Below are positions 17,119 through 27,882 of a stretch of 32,000 nucleotides of DNA, in pieces. The notes under the pieces are model-generated. The model was not told where the DNA came from. It searched no databases and saw only the letters and a program-made list of their open reading frames with translations. The stretch covers positions 5,970,001 through 6,002,000 of the forward strand of contig NZ_LN831024.1 in the NCBI RefSeq assembly GCF_001457615.1, given 5' to 3'. Every line of letters begins with the position of its first letter. The stretch's first letter is position 1. The stretch comes from Pseudomonas aeruginosa (GTDB lineage: Bacteria > Pseudomonadota > Gammaproteobacteria > Pseudomonadales > Pseudomonadaceae). A program made the translations under genes and the position numbers.

Positions 17119-19971
17119 ATGAACCGACACCCCGCACTCAGCCTCGATCTCGACGATGGCATCGACCGCAAGGTCCTCGGCCAGTTGCGCCAACGCTTCC
17201 TGGCGGTCAATGCCGGTCGCCTGCAACGCGCCCGGCAGGCGTTGTCCAGCCGCCAGGAGCGGGTCCTGCGCCTGCTACCGCTGCTGTTCCACATCAACCA
17301 TCCGCTGCTGCCGGGCTACCTGTCGGCCAGCACGCCAGCGGGCCTGAGCGGTTTCGAGGCGGACGACGAAGTACTCGCCGAAGCCCAGCGCCTGGCCCGC
17401 TCGTTTGTCTACAAGCCACGCAGGCAGGAACCCGCACAGCAGCCAATCCACGGCCTGTTCCTGATGGGCAGCCTGGGGAGCCTGGCCCAGGAGGAACAGA
17501 GCGATCTCGACCTCTGGGTCTGCCATGCCCCAGAACTGGAGCCCGGCGCGCGCCAGGAGCTGCGCCGCAAGTGCGCGTTGATCGAGGACTGGGCGCGCAG
17601 CCAGGGCAGCGAGGTGCACTGTTTCCTGATCGACGTCGCCCGTTTCGGCCAGGACGAACGCAAAGACTGGAAAGAGTCCGGCGGCGACGGCAATACCCAG
17701 CACTTCCTGCTGCTCGACGAGTTCTACCGTAGCGCGATCTGGCTCGGCGGACGCACCCCTCTATGGTGGCTGGTGCCGCCGGCCCATGAACGGCGCTACG
17801 ACGAATACTGCCGGACCCTGCTCGGCAAACGCTTCATCCGCGCCGAAGAGGTGCTCGACCTCGGCCACCTGGCGCACATCCCCGCCCGGGAGTTCATCGG
17901 CGCCGGCCTCTGGCAGTTGTCCAAGGCCATCGATTCGCCCTACAAGTCGCTGCTCAAGCTGCTGCTCACCGAAGCCTACGCCAGCGAGCACCCGCGGGTC
18001 CGCTGCGTCGCCCTGCGCTTCAAGGAGCAGGTATTCGCCGGCCAGCTCGATCTCGACGAACTGGACCCCTACGTCCTGGTCTATCGCCATCTCGAACGCT
18101 ACCTGCGGGAACAGCAGGCGCCGGAACGCCTGGAACTCGTGCGGCGCTGCCTGTACCTCAAGGTCGGGCGCAAGCTCGGCGGTCGCCAGCGCCAGGCGCA
18201 GAAGGGCTGGCAGCACCTGTCGATGGAGCGGCTCGTCGCGGAATGGCAATGGGAGCCTCGCCGCTTGGCCCTGCTCGACAGCCGCAGCCAGTGGAAGATG
18301 CGCCAGGTGATGGAAGAGCGTCGCACGGTGGTCAACGAACTGACCTACAGCTACCGCCTGCTGTTCCAGATCGCCCGCCAGCAAGGCGCTGACAGCGGCA
18401 TCGACAGCCGCGACCTGGGCCTGCTCGGCCGCCGCCTGTATGCCGCCTTCGAGCGCAAGGCAGGCAAGGTGGAGAACATCAACCCGGGGATCGCCCCGGA
18501 TCTCGGCGAAGACGTCCTGACCCTGGTCCAGCTGCCCGCCGACGACGACCGCGAGCAGGCGCAGTGGGCGATCTTCCCCGGTGCCCTGGGCGCTCACCAG
18601 TGGCCTGACTACGCGCCGCTGAAACGCAGCCTCAGGCTGGTCGAGCTGCTCGCCTGGTGCCATCGCAACGGCGTCATCGACAGCGCCACCCGGCTGTCCC
18701 TGCATCCCGGCCAGAGCGACCTCGGCGATGCCGAACTGGACAATCTCCTGGGCAGCCTGCGGCAGTTCCTGCCGGTCCCCCTGGCGACCGTGGACGACGC
18801 CGACCTGCTGCAACCGCGTCGGCTCAAGAGCGTCCTGCTGCTGGTCAACGTCGGTGTCGACCCGCTGCGCCACCACAGCCAGATGAACCTGCACATGGCT
18901 ACCGGGCGTACCGACGTGCTTGGTTATGCCGGGGTGCGCGACAACCTGGTGCTGACCCTCGACCAGCTCAGCCTCAACAGCTGGAACGAACTGACGGTGC
19001 GCCATTACGCAGGCCCCCAGGCGCTGCCCGAGTGCCTTGCCGAGTTCCTCGACGCCGTCCGCGAAAAGCCCGGAAGCCCGCCGCAGCCGCCTGAACTGAT
19101 GGTGCGCTGCTTCTGTCGCAACCGGGCCGCCGCCATCGCCGTGCGGGTCGAAGAGCTGTTCCGCGAGACCTACGGGCAACTGCTTGGCGGCCAGCCAAGC
19201 CGCTACCTGCTGCAGATCCGCCAGCAGTACCACCTGCTGGAAATGTCGCCGGAAGCGGTCAGCCACGAGAGCCTGCCCGACCTGCCGAGCCTGCTCCAGC
19301 ACCTGGGCCGCGAGCGAGATGGCTACAGCGCCCTGAAGCTGGATCGTCACGCCCTGGAGGGCGAGGACCTCGGGCTGATCCTGTCCATGGGGCGGCCGGA
19401 CTGCATCCAGGTGTTCTACCGGCGCGACTTCGACAGCGCCGAGATCAGCCTGCTCGACGAACGCAACGCCCTCTGGCGCCAGCGCCAGGCATTGCGTGAC
19501 GAACGCAGCCTGCTCGCACCGCTGCAGCGCTTCCTGCAATCGCTGCTGTACCGGCGCAACGCCCTGTCGCTGGCGGAACAGGTGCCGGCCGCGCTGGATA
19601 TCCGCTACTACGAGTTGCTCTCCAACGACGGCAGAGTGCATGTCGAGCCTCGCGAGGCGCCGGAGGCCCTGGCCGGGCCCGCGCTGTACGAGCTACAGGC
19701 GCTACTCGAGCGCGGCGAACGCAAGCGCGTGCAGGTCACCCTGTACTGCGACCACCAGGAGTTTTCCGAACTGGAGTACGGCGCCGGCCTGTTCAAGGCG
19801 GTCGCCCGGCATATCCTGGCGCATCGCGCGGAAAGCGAACCCTACCCCTGCTACCTGACCGACCTCGACCTGTCGCGGCTGTTCGCCGACGAACAGCCGC
19901 AAACGCTGCACTATCTGCGTTATAAAAGCGTCCTGGAAACGGCGCTGAACCAGGCGCTGCTGGAACAATGA
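17119..19971 (+). CDS. cyaA: Class I adenylate cyclase
   Basis: 950-aa ORF with GLFLMGSLGSLAQEEQSDLDLWVCH and GGDGNTQHFLLLDEFYRSAIWLGGRTPLWWLVPP, hallmarks of the enterobacterial-type class I cyclase. Confidence 0.95.
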   Translation: MNRHPALSLDLDDGIDRKVLGQLRQRFLAVNAGRLQRARQALSSRQERVLRLLPLLFHINHPLLPGYLSASTPAGLSGFEADDEVLAEAQRLARSFVYKPRRQEPAQQPIHGLFLMGSLGSLAQEEQSDLDLWVCHAPELEPGARQELRRKCALIEDWARSQGSEVHCFLIDVARFGQDERKDWKESGGDGNTQHFLLLDEFYRSAIWLGGRTPLWWLVPPAHERRYDEYCRTLLGKRFIRAEEVLDLGHLAHIPAREFIGAGLWQLSKAIDSPYKSLLKLLLTEAYASEHPRVRCVALRFKEQVFAGQLDLDELDPYVLVYRHLERYLREQQAPERLELVRRCLYLKVGRKLGGRQRQAQKGWQHLSMERLVAEWQWEPRRLALLDSRSQWKMRQVMEERRTVVNELTYSYRLLFQIARQQGADSGIDSRDLGLLGRRLYAAFERKAGKVENINPGIAPDLGEDVLTLVQLPADDDREQAQWAIFPGALGAHQWPDYAPLKRSLRLVELLAWCHRNGVIDSATRLSLHPGQSDLGDAELDNLLGSLRQFLPVPLATVDDADLLQPRRLKSVLLLVNVGVDPLRHHSQMNLHMATGRTDVLGYAGVRDNLVLTLDQLSLNSWNELTVRHYAGPQALPECLAEFLDAVREKPGSPPQPPELMVRCFCRNRAAAIAVRVEELFRETYGQLLGGQPSRYLLQIRQQYHLLEMSPEAVSHESLPDLPSLLQHLGRERDGYSALKLDRHALEGEDLGLILSMGRPDCIQVFYRRDFDSAEISLLDERNALWRQRQALRDERSLLAPLQRFLQSLLYRRNALSLAEQVPAALDIRYYELLSNDGRVHVEPREAPEALAGPALYELQALLERGERKRVQVTLYCDHQEFSELEYGAGLFKAVARHILAHRAESEPYPCYLTDLDLSRLFADEQPQTLHYLRYKSVLETALNQALLEQ

Positions 19972-20011
19972 CCCAGCGCCGCACCGCGCGGGGCTCGACA
20001 AGGACGTACGG

Positions 20012-20725
20012 ATGGCACTCCTCGGTATTACCCTGCTCGCTGGCGCCGCATTCGTGGGCGGCTATCTCTACCGCCGCGGCCTGGATCGCCGGCGCTACCG
20101 CTTCATCCAGCAATTCCGCCTGCCGCCGCGGGTCGCCCAGGCGGTCCGCGAGCGCTATCCGCAGCTCAGCGAGGAACAGGTCCAACGGGTGCTCGGCGGC
20201 CTACGCGAATACCTGCTGCTATGCCGCGCCGCCGGCAAGCGGATGGTCGCGATGCCGTCCCAGGTGGTGGATGTCGCCTGGCACGAACTGATCCTGCATA
20301 CCCGGCTCTACCAGCACGTCTGCCGCAAGGGACTCGGGCGCTTCCTCCACCATACGCCGGCCCAGGCGATGCGCAGCCCCCGACAGGCCCAGGAGGGCAT
20401 CCAGCGCGCCTGGAAGCTGGCCTGCCGCCGCGAGGGCATCGACCCACTGAATCCCACGCGCCTACCGCTGCTGTTCGCCCTCGACACGGAACTGGCGATC
20501 GCCGACGGCTTCCGCTACGCCCTGAACTGCGCGCAGCGGCAAGACGGCGGCGCAGCGGTGTATTGCGCCAGCCATATCGGTTGCAGCAGCGGCTGCGCCA
20601 GCGATAGCGGCAGTACCTTCGGTTCGGACGGACAGGATTCGCGCCACGGCTGCGGCGGCGATAGCGGCGGAGACGGCGGCAGCGGTTGCGGGGGTGGAGG
20701 ATGCGGGGGCGGTGGGGGCGACTGA
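20012..20725 (+). CDS. N-terminally anchored protein with a Cys/Gly-rich C-terminal tail (PA5273-like)
   Basis: 237 aa; N-terminal TM MALLGITLLAGAAFVGGYLY; tail GCSSGCASDSGSTFGSDGQDSRHGCGGDSGGDGGSGCGGGGCGGGGGD. Confidence 0.8.
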   Translation: MALLGITLLAGAAFVGGYLYRRGLDRRRYRFIQQFRLPPRVAQAVRERYPQLSEEQVQRVLGGLREYLLLCRAAGKRMVAMPSQVVDVAWHELILHTRLYQHVCRKGLGRFLHHTPAQAMRSPRQAQEGIQRAWKLACRREGIDPLNPTRLPLLFALDTELAIADGFRYALNCAQRQDGGAAVYCASHIGCSSGCASDSGSTFGSDGQDSRHGCGGDSGGDGGSGCGGGGCGGGGGD

Positions 20726-20735
20726 GGGTCGCGAA

Positions 20736-20759
20736 GCCCGTCGCCGAATGGCGACGGGC
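20736..20759. terminator. Strong hairpin between convergent genes (possible bidirectional terminator)
   Basis: GCCCGTCGCC-GAAT-GGCGACGGGC, a 10-bp perfect stem between stops at 20725 (+) and 20769 (-). T-tracts are weak. Confidence 0.55.
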
Positions 20760-20768
20760 GAAAACCGA

Positions 20769-21173
20769 TCAGCGCGCGTAGTCGCCGGCGGCTTCCGGCT
20801 GGTATTCGATTTCCAGCAGGGTCAGCTTCAGCGTCTTCCCGCTCGGCGCCGGCCAGTCGATGGTCTGGCCGATGGTCAGGCCCAGCAGCGCGGTGCCCAC
20901 CGGCGCGAGGATCGAGACCTTGCCTTCGCCGGCGACGTCTTCGGGATAGACCAGGGTCAGGGTGTACTCCTTGCCGCTGCTTTCCTCGCGGCAGCGCACG
21001 GTGGAGTTCATGGTCACGACGCCCGGCGGAATCTCGTCATGCCCCACCACCTGGGCGCGCGACAGTTCGGCCTCCAGCGCCTCGGCGGCGGGTCCGAATT
21101 CGTCCAGGCCATCCAGCAGGCGCTCCAGGCGCTGCAGGTCCAGACGAGTGATGGTGATCGGCGGCGTGCTCAT
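20769..21173 (-). CDS. rnk: Regulator of nucleoside diphosphate kinase Rnk (GreA/B C-terminal-like)
   Basis: 134 aa: MSTPPITITRLDLQRLERLLDGL...STVRCREESSGKEYTLTLVYPEDVAGEGKVSILAPVGTALLGLTIGQTIDWPAPSGK. Confidence 0.92.
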   Translation of the reverse strand: MSTPPITITRLDLQRLERLLDGLDEFGPAAEALEAELSRAQVVGHDEIPPGVVTMNSTVRCREESSGKEYTLTLVYPEDVAGEGKVSILAPVGTALLGLTIGQTIDWPAPSGKTLKLTLLEIEYQPEAAGDYAR

Positions 21174-21242
21174 GATCGCAGGCGTGCTCCTTGGTCCGGT
21201 TCGGTTGATCGATGAAAAGCAGGAATCGCAAAAAAGCAAAAA

Positions 21243-21264
21243 CCCCGCCCGAAGGCGGGGTTTT
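21243..21264 (-). terminator. Rho-independent terminator downstream of the DUF1289 gene/cyaY
   Basis: Stem CCCCGCC/GGCGGGG with CGAA loop; minus strand followed by TTTTTGCTTTTTT and plus strand by TTTT. Confidence 0.9.
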
Positions 21265-21308
21265 CCCGGACACTAACACAGTCGCAGGAATTAGCAACAT
21301 CCCCCCTA

Positions 21309-21518
21309 TCAGGAGAGACGGCCCGCCAGCGACTGGCGTCGAGCGGCCTGTGACCTGATCTGCAAGCGGCGGGAATCGTCGGCCTTGCCCCACTCGCGGA
21401 TTTCCGCCAGGGAACGTCCGCAGCCGACGCAAACGTCCGCATCGTCGAGGCAGCACAGGCGCCGGCAAGGCGAGGCCACCGCCGGCGGCGAAGCCTCAGA
21501 GGCCGGGGAACTCGACAT
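21309..21518 (-). CDS. DUF1289-family small protein
   Basis: 69 aa from ATG 21518: MSSSPASEASPPAVASPCRRLCCLDDADVCVGCGRSLAEIREWGKADDSRR, with the SPC...C...C.GCGR..EI..W pattern of DUF1289. Overlaps the 3' end of cyaY. Confidence 0.8.
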   Translation of the reverse strand: MSSSPASEASPPAVASPCRRLCCLDDADVCVGCGRSLAEIREWGKADDSRRLQIRSQAARRQSLAGRLS

Positions 21519-21822
21519 CCTCGCCCCCCTGCTCCAGGGTCGCCCGGTTGAGCAGCGCGCCCAGCGGTTCCTGGCTGCCATCGTGGCGCCAGAGGCCGCT
21601 GGCCTCGTCGTAATCGAAGTGGAAGCCGCCCGACTTCGCCGCCACCCACAGCTGGCGCAACGGCGCCTGGCGGCTGAGGATCAGCTGCGAGCCGTTCTCG
21701 AAGCGTACGGTGAGCACGCCGCCGGCGTTCTCCAGGTCGAGGTCCAGGTCGCTGTCATCGAAGGCGTCTTCCACCTGCTGCTGGAGCGCATCGACCAGGT
21801 CGTGGAAACGCGCTTCATTCAT
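21496..21822 (-). CDS. cyaY: Frataxin-like iron-sulfur cluster protein CyaY
   Basis: MNEARFHDLVDALQQQVEDAFDDSDLDLDLENAGGVLTVRFENGSQLILSRQAPLRQLWVAAKSGGFHFDY..., frataxin pattern. Alternative start ATG at 21831. Confidence 0.93.
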   Translation of the reverse strand: MNEARFHDLVDALQQQVEDAFDDSDLDLDLENAGGVLTVRFENGSQLILSRQAPLRQLWVAAKSGGFHFDYDEASGLWRHDGSQEPLGALLNRATLEQGGEDVEFPGL

Positions 21823-22084
21823 CGTACTCATGCATTGCCTCGGCATTCGCTAACGGGAAAAAAGGCGGACGACTACCTTCGTCTTGCCCTATTCCGACAA
21901 TTCTACGCTGGTATTGCCGTAGTCCGCGCTGTTTTGCCGCGACGCTCGCGGAAAACGCCGGCATCCCCTCTGCCACAGGCCATTCCCCTGCAAGCCCCGG
22001 CACACCTGATCCGGCTCGCATAGGCAAGGCGCCGGGGGGTCGGTATACTCCGGAACAATTCACGTTTTCTACAAGGATTCCGTC

Positions 22085-22225
22085 ATGAAGCGGCTGTTCC
22101 TGTCCTTCGTCGCGCTCGCCCTCCTCGCCGGCTCCATCGCCGCCTGCGGCCAGAAAGGCCCGCTGTACCTGCCGGACGACGAAAAAGCCAAGAAAGAACA
22201 CAGCAAAGACCGCTACGGTTTCTGA
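22085..22225 (+). CDS. lppL: Small lipoprotein LppL
   Basis: 46 aa: [46 protein letters not shown], lipobox GSIAAC followed by GQKGPLYLP, directly upstream of lysA. Confidence 0.9.
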
Positions 22226-22235
22226 GAGAGCGCCC

Positions 22236-23483
22236 ATGGACACATTCAGTTACCGCGACGGTGAGCTGTTCGCGGAAGGGGTGGCGCTTTCCCGCATCGC
22301 CGAGCGTTTCGGCACGCCCACCTACGTCTATTCCCGCGCACACATCGAGGCCCAGTACCGCGCCTATGCCGATGCCCTCGCCGGCATGCCGCATCTGGTC
22401 TGCTTCGCGGTCAAGGCCAACTCCAACCTCGGGGTGCTGAATGTGCTGGCGCGCCTCGGCGCCGGTTTCGACATCGTTTCCCGCGGTGAGCTGGAGCGTG
22501 TCCTGGCCGCCGGCGGCGATCCGGCCAAGGTGGTGTTCTCCGGCGTCGGCAAGACCCGCGACGACATGCGCCGCGCCCTGGAAGTCGGCGTGCACTGCTT
22601 CAACGTCGAGTCCGGCGAAGAGCTGGAGCGCCTGCAACGGGTAGCTGCGGAACTCGGCGTGAAAGCGCCGGTATCGCTGCGGGTCAACCCGGACGTGGAC
22701 GCCCAGACCCACCCCTATATCTCCACCGGCCTGAAAGAGAACAAGTTCGGCATCGCCATCGACGAGGCCGAGGCGGTCTACGCCCGCGCCGCCGAGCTTG
22801 ACCACCTGGAGGTGATCGGCGTCGACTGCCACATCGGCTCGCAGTTGACCCAGCTGGAGCCCTTCCTCGACGCCCTCGAGCGCCTGCTCGGGCTGGTCGA
22901 CCGCCTGGCCGGCAAAGGCATCGGCATTCGCCACCTGGACCTCGGTGGTGGCCTCGGGGTGCGCTACCGCGACGAACAGCCGCCGCTGGCCGGCGACTAC
23001 ATCCGCGCCATCCGCGAGCGCCTGCACGGCCGCGACCTGACCCTGGTGTTCGAGCCGGGCCGGTCCATCGTCGCCAACGCCGGCGTGCTGCTGACCCGTG
23101 TCGAGTACCTCAAGCACACCGAGCACAAGGATTTCGCCATCGTCGACGCGGCGATGAACGACCTGATCCGCCCGGCTCTCTACCAGGCCTGGATGGACGT
23201 GCAGGCGGTACGCCCGCGCGACGCCGCGCCGCGCCGCTACGACCTGGTCGGGCCGATCTGCGAGACCGGTGACTTCCTCGCCAAGGATCGCGACCTGGCG
23301 CTCGCCGAAGGCGACCTCCTGGCGGTGCGCTCGGCCGGCGCCTACGGCTTCGTCATGAGCTCGAACTACAACACCCGCGGCCGCGCCGCCGAGGTGCTGG
23401 TGGATGGCGAGCAGACCCACGAGGTCCGTCGCCGCGAGACCGTCCAAGAGCTCTATGCCGGCGAAAGCCTGCTGCCGCAGTGA
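22236..23483 (+). CDS. lysA: Diaminopimelate decarboxylase
   Basis: 415 aa: [44 protein letters not shown]..., [14 protein letters not shown] (PLP lysine region), GGGLGVRY. Confidence 0.97.
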   Translation: MDTFSYRDGELFAEGVALSRIAERFGTPTYVYSRAHIEAQYRAYADALAGMPHLVCFAVKANSNLGVLNVLARLGAGFDIVSRGELERVLAAGGDPAKVVFSGVGKTRDDMRRALEVGVHCFNVESGEELERLQRVAAELGVKAPVSLRVNPDVDAQTHPYISTGLKENKFGIAIDEAEAVYARAAELDHLEVIGVDCHIGSQLTQLEPFLDALERLLGLVDRLAGKGIGIRHLDLGGGLGVRYRDEQPPLAGDYIRAIRERLHGRDLTLVFEPGRSIVANAGVLLTRVEYLKHTEHKDFAIVDAAMNDLIRPALYQAWMDVQAVRPRDAAPRRYDLVGPICETGDFLAKDRDLALAEGDLLAVRSAGAYGFVMSSNYNTRGRAAEVLVDGEQTHEVRRRETVQELYAGESLLPQ

Positions 23484-23493
23484 GGCCCAGACC

Positions 23494-24324
23494 ATGCTTT
23501 TGCGCTTCACCAAGATGCATGGCCTGGGCAACGACTTCATGGTCCTCGACCTGGTCAGCCAGCACGCCCATGTGCAGCCCAAGCACGTCAAGCTCTGGGG
23601 CGACCGCAACACCGGAATCGGCTTCGACCAGTTGCTGATCGTCGAAGCCCCGAGCAGCCCCGACGTCGACTTCCGCTACCGGATCTTCAACGCCGACGGC
23701 TCCGAGGTCGAGCAGTGCGGCAACGGCGCTCGCTGCTTCGCCCGCTTCGTTCAGGACAAGCGCCTGACGGTGAAGAAGAGCATCCGCGTAGAAACCAAGG
23801 GCGGCATCATCGAGCTGAATATCCGCCCGGACGGCCAGGTCACGGTGGACATGGGGCCGCCGCGCCTGGCCCCGGCCGAGATACCGTTCCAGGCCGAGCG
23901 CGAAGCCTTGTCCTATGAGATAGAGGTGAATGGCCAGCGCGTCGAACTGGCCGCGGTATCCATGGGCAATCCCCATGGCGTGCTGCGCGTCGAGAACGTC
24001 GACAGCGCACCGGTACACAGCCTCGGTCCGCAACTGGAAGTCCATCCGCGCTTCCCGAAGAAGGCCAACATCGGCTTCCTCCAGGTGCTCGATCCGCACC
24101 ATGCGCGCCTGCGCGTCTGGGAGCGCGGCGTCGGCGAGACCCAAGCCTGCGGCACCGGCGCCTGCGCCGCGGCGGTTGCCGGGATTCGCCAGGGCTGGCT
24201 GCAATCGCCGGTGCAGATCGACCTCCCCGGCGGCCGCCTGCACATCGAGTGGGCAGGTCCCGGCCAGCCCGTTATGATGACCGGGCCTGCCGTCCGCGTG
24301 TATGAAGGCCAGGTCCGCCTGTAA
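23494..24324 (+). CDS. dapF: Diaminopimelate epimerase
   Basis: 276 aa: [20 protein letters not shown]..., [38 protein letters not shown]. Confidence 0.97.
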   Translation: MLLRFTKMHGLGNDFMVLDLVSQHAHVQPKHVKLWGDRNTGIGFDQLLIVEAPSSPDVDFRYRIFNADGSEVEQCGNGARCFARFVQDKRLTVKKSIRVETKGGIIELNIRPDGQVTVDMGPPRLAPAEIPFQAEREALSYEIEVNGQRVELAAVSMGNPHGVLRVENVDSAPVHSLGPQLEVHPRFPKKANIGFLQVLDPHHARLRVWERGVGETQACGTGACAAAVAGIRQGWLQSPVQIDLPGGRLHIEWAGPGQPVMMTGPAVRVYEGQVRL

Positions 24325-24354
24325 GGGCCGTCGCCCGCGAGAACCGAGACGCTT

Positions 24355-25056
24355 ATGACCGAGAAAAGCCAGGAACCGACAGCAGCGCTGGACGCCGAGC
24401 AGGTGGCCGCCTATCTGAGCCAGCACCCGGAGTTCTTCGTCGAGCATGACGAGCTGATCCCCGAGTTGCGCATCCCACACCAGCCCGGCGACGCAGTGTC
24501 GCTGGTGGAGCGCCAGGTACGCCTGCTGCGCGAGCGCAACATCGAGATGCGCCACCGGCTCTCGCAACTGATGGACGTGGCCCGCGAGAACGACCGCCTG
24601 TTCGACAAGACCCGCCGCCTGGTCCTCGACCTGCTCGACGCCACCAGCCTGGAAGACGTGGTCAGTACCGTCGAGGACAGCCTGCGCCACGAGTTCCAGG
24701 TGCCCTACGTGAGCCTGATCCTGTTCAGCGACAGTAGCGTCTCGGTGGGCCGCTCGGTGAGCAGCGCGGAGGCGCACCAGGCCATCGGCGGCCTGCTCTC
24801 CGGCGGCAAGACCGTCTGCGGCGTGCTGCGTCCGCACGAACTGGCGTTCCTCTTCGGCGAGAGCGACCGCGACGAGATCGGCTCCGCAGCGGTGGTCTCC
24901 CTGAGTTTCCAGGGCCTGCACGGCGTGCTCGCCATCGGCAGTCCCGATCCGCAGCATTACAAGAGTTCCCTCGGCACCCTGTTCCTCGGCTACGTCGCCG
25001 AGGTCCTGGCCCGCGTGCTGCCGCGTTTCTCCTCGCCGCTGCGCTCGGTCCGCTGA
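24355..25056 (+). CDS. DUF484 family protein
   Basis: 233 aa: [62 protein letters not shown]..., located between dapF and xerC. Confidence 0.9.
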   Translation: MTEKSQEPTAALDAEQVAAYLSQHPEFFVEHDELIPELRIPHQPGDAVSLVERQVRLLRERNIEMRHRLSQLMDVARENDRLFDKTRRLVLDLLDATSLEDVVSTVEDSLRHEFQVPYVSLILFSDSSVSVGRSVSSAEAHQAIGGLLSGGKTVCGVLRPHELAFLFGESDRDEIGSAAVVSLSFQGLHGVLAIGSPDPQHYKSSLGTLFLGYVAEVLARVLPRFSSPLRSVR

Positions 25057-25075
25057 GCGCGGCGGGCGGTCCGAG

Positions 25076-25987
25076 ATGCGCGCCGACCTGGATGCCTTCC
25101 TTGAACATCTGCGCAGCGAGCGCCAGGTCTCCGCGCACACCCTCGACGGCTACCGCCGCGACCTGCTGAAGATCCTCGCCCTCGCCGAAAAGGCCGGGCT
25201 CTCCGACTGGAACGCCCTCGACACCCGCAGCCTGCGCACCTTCGTCGCCCGCCTGCACCAGCAGGGCCAGTCCAGCCGCAGCCTGGCACGGCTGCTCTCG
25301 GCGACGCGCGGCCTCTACCAGTACCTGCTACGCGAAGGGCGCTGCCGGCACGACCCTGCCAACGGCCTGAGCGCGCCGAAGAGTCCGCGCAAGCTGCCCA
25401 GGACCCTCGACGCCGACCGCGCCCTGCAATTGCTCGACGGTGCCGTGGAGGATGACTTCATCGCCCGCCGCGACCAGGCCCTGCTGGAGCTGTTCTATTC
25501 CTCCGGGCTGCGCCTCTCGGAACTGGTCGGCCTCGATCTCGGATGGCTGGACCTCAAGGAAGGCCTGGTGCGAGTGCGCGGCAAGGGCAACAAGGTCCGC
25601 GAGCTGCCGGTCGGCAAGGCCGCGCGCCAGGCGCTCGAAGCCTGGCTGCCGCTGCGCACCCAGGCCGCTCCGGAAGACGGTGCGGTGTTCATCGGCCGCA
25701 GCGGCAAGCGCCTGACGCCACGGGCGATCCAGCTGCGGGTGCGCCAGGCCGGCGTCCGCGAGCTGGGCCAGCACCTGCACCCGCACATGCTGCGGCACTC
25801 CTTCGCCAGCCATCTGCTGGAGTCGTCCGGCGACCTGCGCGCCGTGCAGGAACTGCTCGGCCACGCCGACATCGCCACGACCCAGATCTATACCCACCTG
25901 GACTTCCAGCACCTGGCCTCGGTCTACGACCGCGCCCATCCCCGCGCCAAGCGCAAGGGCAACGCCGATGGAGGCAACGACCCATGA
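25076..25987 (+). CDS. xerC: Tyrosine recombinase XerC (sss)
   Basis: 303 aa: [62 protein letters not shown], i.e. the catalytic R...HLRHSFA...Y motifs. Confidence 0.96.
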   Translation: MRADLDAFLEHLRSERQVSAHTLDGYRRDLLKILALAEKAGLSDWNALDTRSLRTFVARLHQQGQSSRSLARLLSATRGLYQYLLREGRCRHDPANGLSAPKSPRKLPRTLDADRALQLLDGAVEDDFIARRDQALLELFYSSGLRLSELVGLDLGWLDLKEGLVRVRGKGNKVRELPVGKAARQALEAWLPLRTQAAPEDGAVFIGRSGKRLTPRAIQLRVRQAGVRELGQHLHPHMLRHSFASHLLESSGDLRAVQELLGHADIATTQIYTHLDFQHLASVYDRAHPRAKRKGNADGGNDP

Positions 25988-26682
25988 GCAGCCTGCGACT
26001 GATCACCTTCGACCTCGACGACACCCTGTGGGACGTCGCCCCGGTGATGAACAACGCCGAGGCCCTGCTCCGCGAATGGCTGGCGAGCAACGCGGCGCGC
26101 CTGGGTCCGGTACCCATCGAGCACCTGTGGGCGATCCGCACCCGCCTGCTGGATCGCGAGCCGATGCTGCGCCACCGTCTCAGCGAGCTGCGCCGGCGCA
26201 TCCTGTTCCATGCCCTGCTCGACGCCGGTTATCCACAGGCGGAGGCGGAAAGCCTGGCCGAGGCCGGTTTCCAGGTATTCCTCGAAGCGCGCCACCGGGT
26301 CACTCTGTTTCCCGAGGTCCACCCGACCCTGGAGATCCTCGCCGACCGCTTCACCCTCGGCGTGCTCACCAACGGCAACGCCGACGTGCGCCGCCTGGGC
26401 CTGGCCGACTACTTCCGGTTCGCCCTCTGCGCCGAGGAACTGGGCGTCGGCAAGCCCGACCCGACGCCATTCCGCGAAGCCCTGAAGCGCGCCGGCGTCG
26501 AGGCCTCGGCAGCGGTACACATCGGCGACCACCCCAGCGACGACATCGCCGGAGCGCGCCGCGCCGGCATGCGTGCCATCTGGTTCAACCCAAACGGCAA
26601 GCCCTGGGCCGGGGAGGAAGAGCCGAGCGCGGAGATCCGCAGCCTCGCCGAGCTGCCGGCCCTGCTCGCCCGCCTGCAATGA
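25984..26682 (+). CDS. HAD-superfamily hydrolase (YigB-like)
   Basis: 232 aa: [29 protein letters not shown]..., [40 protein letters not shown]. Confidence 0.9.
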   Translation: MSSLRLITFDLDDTLWDVAPVMNNAEALLREWLASNAARLGPVPIEHLWAIRTRLLDREPMLRHRLSELRRRILFHALLDAGYPQAEAESLAEAGFQVFLEARHRVTLFPEVHPTLEILADRFTLGVLTNGNADVRRLGLADYFRFALCAEELGVGKPDPTPFREALKRAGVEASAAVHIGDHPSDDIAGARRAGMRAIWFNPNGKPWAGEEEPSAEIRSLAELPALLARLQ

Positions 26683-26712
26683 CGGACCGGGCCCCCGGTC
26701 GCGGGTAGCGCC

Positions 26713-27882
26713 CTAGGCACGCGAAGCGCTGGCCTTGAAGCGCCCGACCCCGCGCAAGATGGAAAACGCCACCGCAACCGCAGCCAACGTCAGCGACACG
26801 CCGAAAAGCAGCAACGCCGTCGACGCACCGAAGCGATCCGCGATCAACCCGGTGAAGATCACCGGCAGGCTGAAGCCGAGGTAGGCCAACAGGAAGTAGC
26901 CCGCGCTGGCCCGCGGCTTTTCCGCACCGGCCAGGACATTCACCGCCGACAGCCCGCCCAGGTAGGTGAAGCCGTAGCAGGAACTGCTCGCGCCCAGCGC
27001 ACCGAACAGCACCGCAGCCAATGAGCCGTGGATCGCGCCCCAGGCCAGCAGGGCATAGCTCGGCGGCAGGATCACCAGCCCCAGGCAGGTCGCCGAGGCC
27101 GGCGCCATCCGCCGCGCCAGCGGCTGGAACAGCAGGCCGCAGCTGATCACGGTGAAGGTCGAGAAGCCCGACCAGCGCGCCAGCCCGTGGGCCGCCAGCA
27201 GCGAAGGCAGGACCGCGATGACCAGACCCACAGTGGCCCATGCCAGCAGGATCGAGAGACCGTACGGCAGGCTGCCGGCGGGAAAGAACGGCAGCCGCAG
27301 CATCGGCGTATCGCGCCCGCGCGGCGCCTCGTCCGGCAGGCCCGCCACCGCCGCCAGGGCCACGCAAGCCAGTCCCAACTGGACCCAGAAGCTGCCGGGC
27401 ACCAGGCTCTCCCGGAACAGCAGGAACAGACTGGTCAGTGCCGCGCCGAGGCCGAAGCCGAGCGAGGTGCTGGCGGTCACCCAGTTGGCCGAGGTGCGGG
27501 AATCCCCGCCCGCGATCAGTTCGCTCATGTAGGCCGTCCCGGTGGCCGATGCCAGGGCCGTGCCGACGCCGAGCAACAGGCGCGCCACGCCGAGCGCCTC
27601 CAGGCGCGGCCAGAGCGCCATCACCAGGGTGGCCACCATCGACAGCAGCAGCGCGACGACGATCGGCGGCTTGCGCCCGATCCGATCGGACAACCCGCCG
27701 AGTACCAGCAGCACCGGCAGTACGCCGAGCACATAGCCGGAGAAAGCGCTGGCGGTAGCTGCCGCGCCGTAACCGGAAAGCTCCGCGTAGGCGGTGTACA
27801 GCGGCGCCTGGAGGTTCACCGCCAAGGTGATCAGGCACAGGCCGAAGGCCAGGCATGCGGCGTGGCGACGGGTATTGCTCAT
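26713..27882 (-). CDS. MFS transporter
   Basis: 389-aa ORF with many hydrophobic helices, motif A-like GGLSDRIGRKPPIVVALL. Confidence 0.9.
   Translation of the reverse strand: MSNTRRHAACLAFGLCLITLAVNLQAPLYTAYAELSGYGAAATASAFSGYVLGVLPVLLVLGGLSDRIGRKPPIVVALLLSMVATLVMALWPRLEALGVARLLLGVGTALASATGTAYMSELIAGGDSRTSANWVTASTSLGFGLGAALTSLFLLFRESLVPGSFWVQLGLACVALAAVAGLPDEAPRGRDTPMLRLPFFPAGSLPYGLSILLAWATVGLVIAVLPSLLAAHGLARWSGFSTFTVISCGLLFQPLARRMAPASATCLGLVILPPSYALLAWGAIHGSLAAVLFGALGASSSCYGFTYLGGLSAVNVLAGAEKPRASAGYFLLAYLGFSLPVIFTGLIADRFGASTALLLFGVSLTLAAVAVAFSILRGVGRFKASASRA

Noticed and set aside
17761-19641. 626-aa minus-strand ORF opposite cyaA
   Set aside because: Shadow ORF of a high-GC coding strand; Gln/Ala/Val-rich composition and no recognisable domain, while cyaA on the other strand is clearly real.
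23353-25140. 595-aa minus-strand ORF opposite dapF and the DUF484 gene
   Set aside because: Antiparallel to well-supported genes, spans several of them, and has typical mirror-frame composition.
25076-25987. Tyrosine recombinase as sign of an integrated mobile element
   Set aside because: Sequence and neighbourhood (dapF-DUF484-xerC-HAD) fit chromosomal XerC/sss; no att repeats or phage genes seen.
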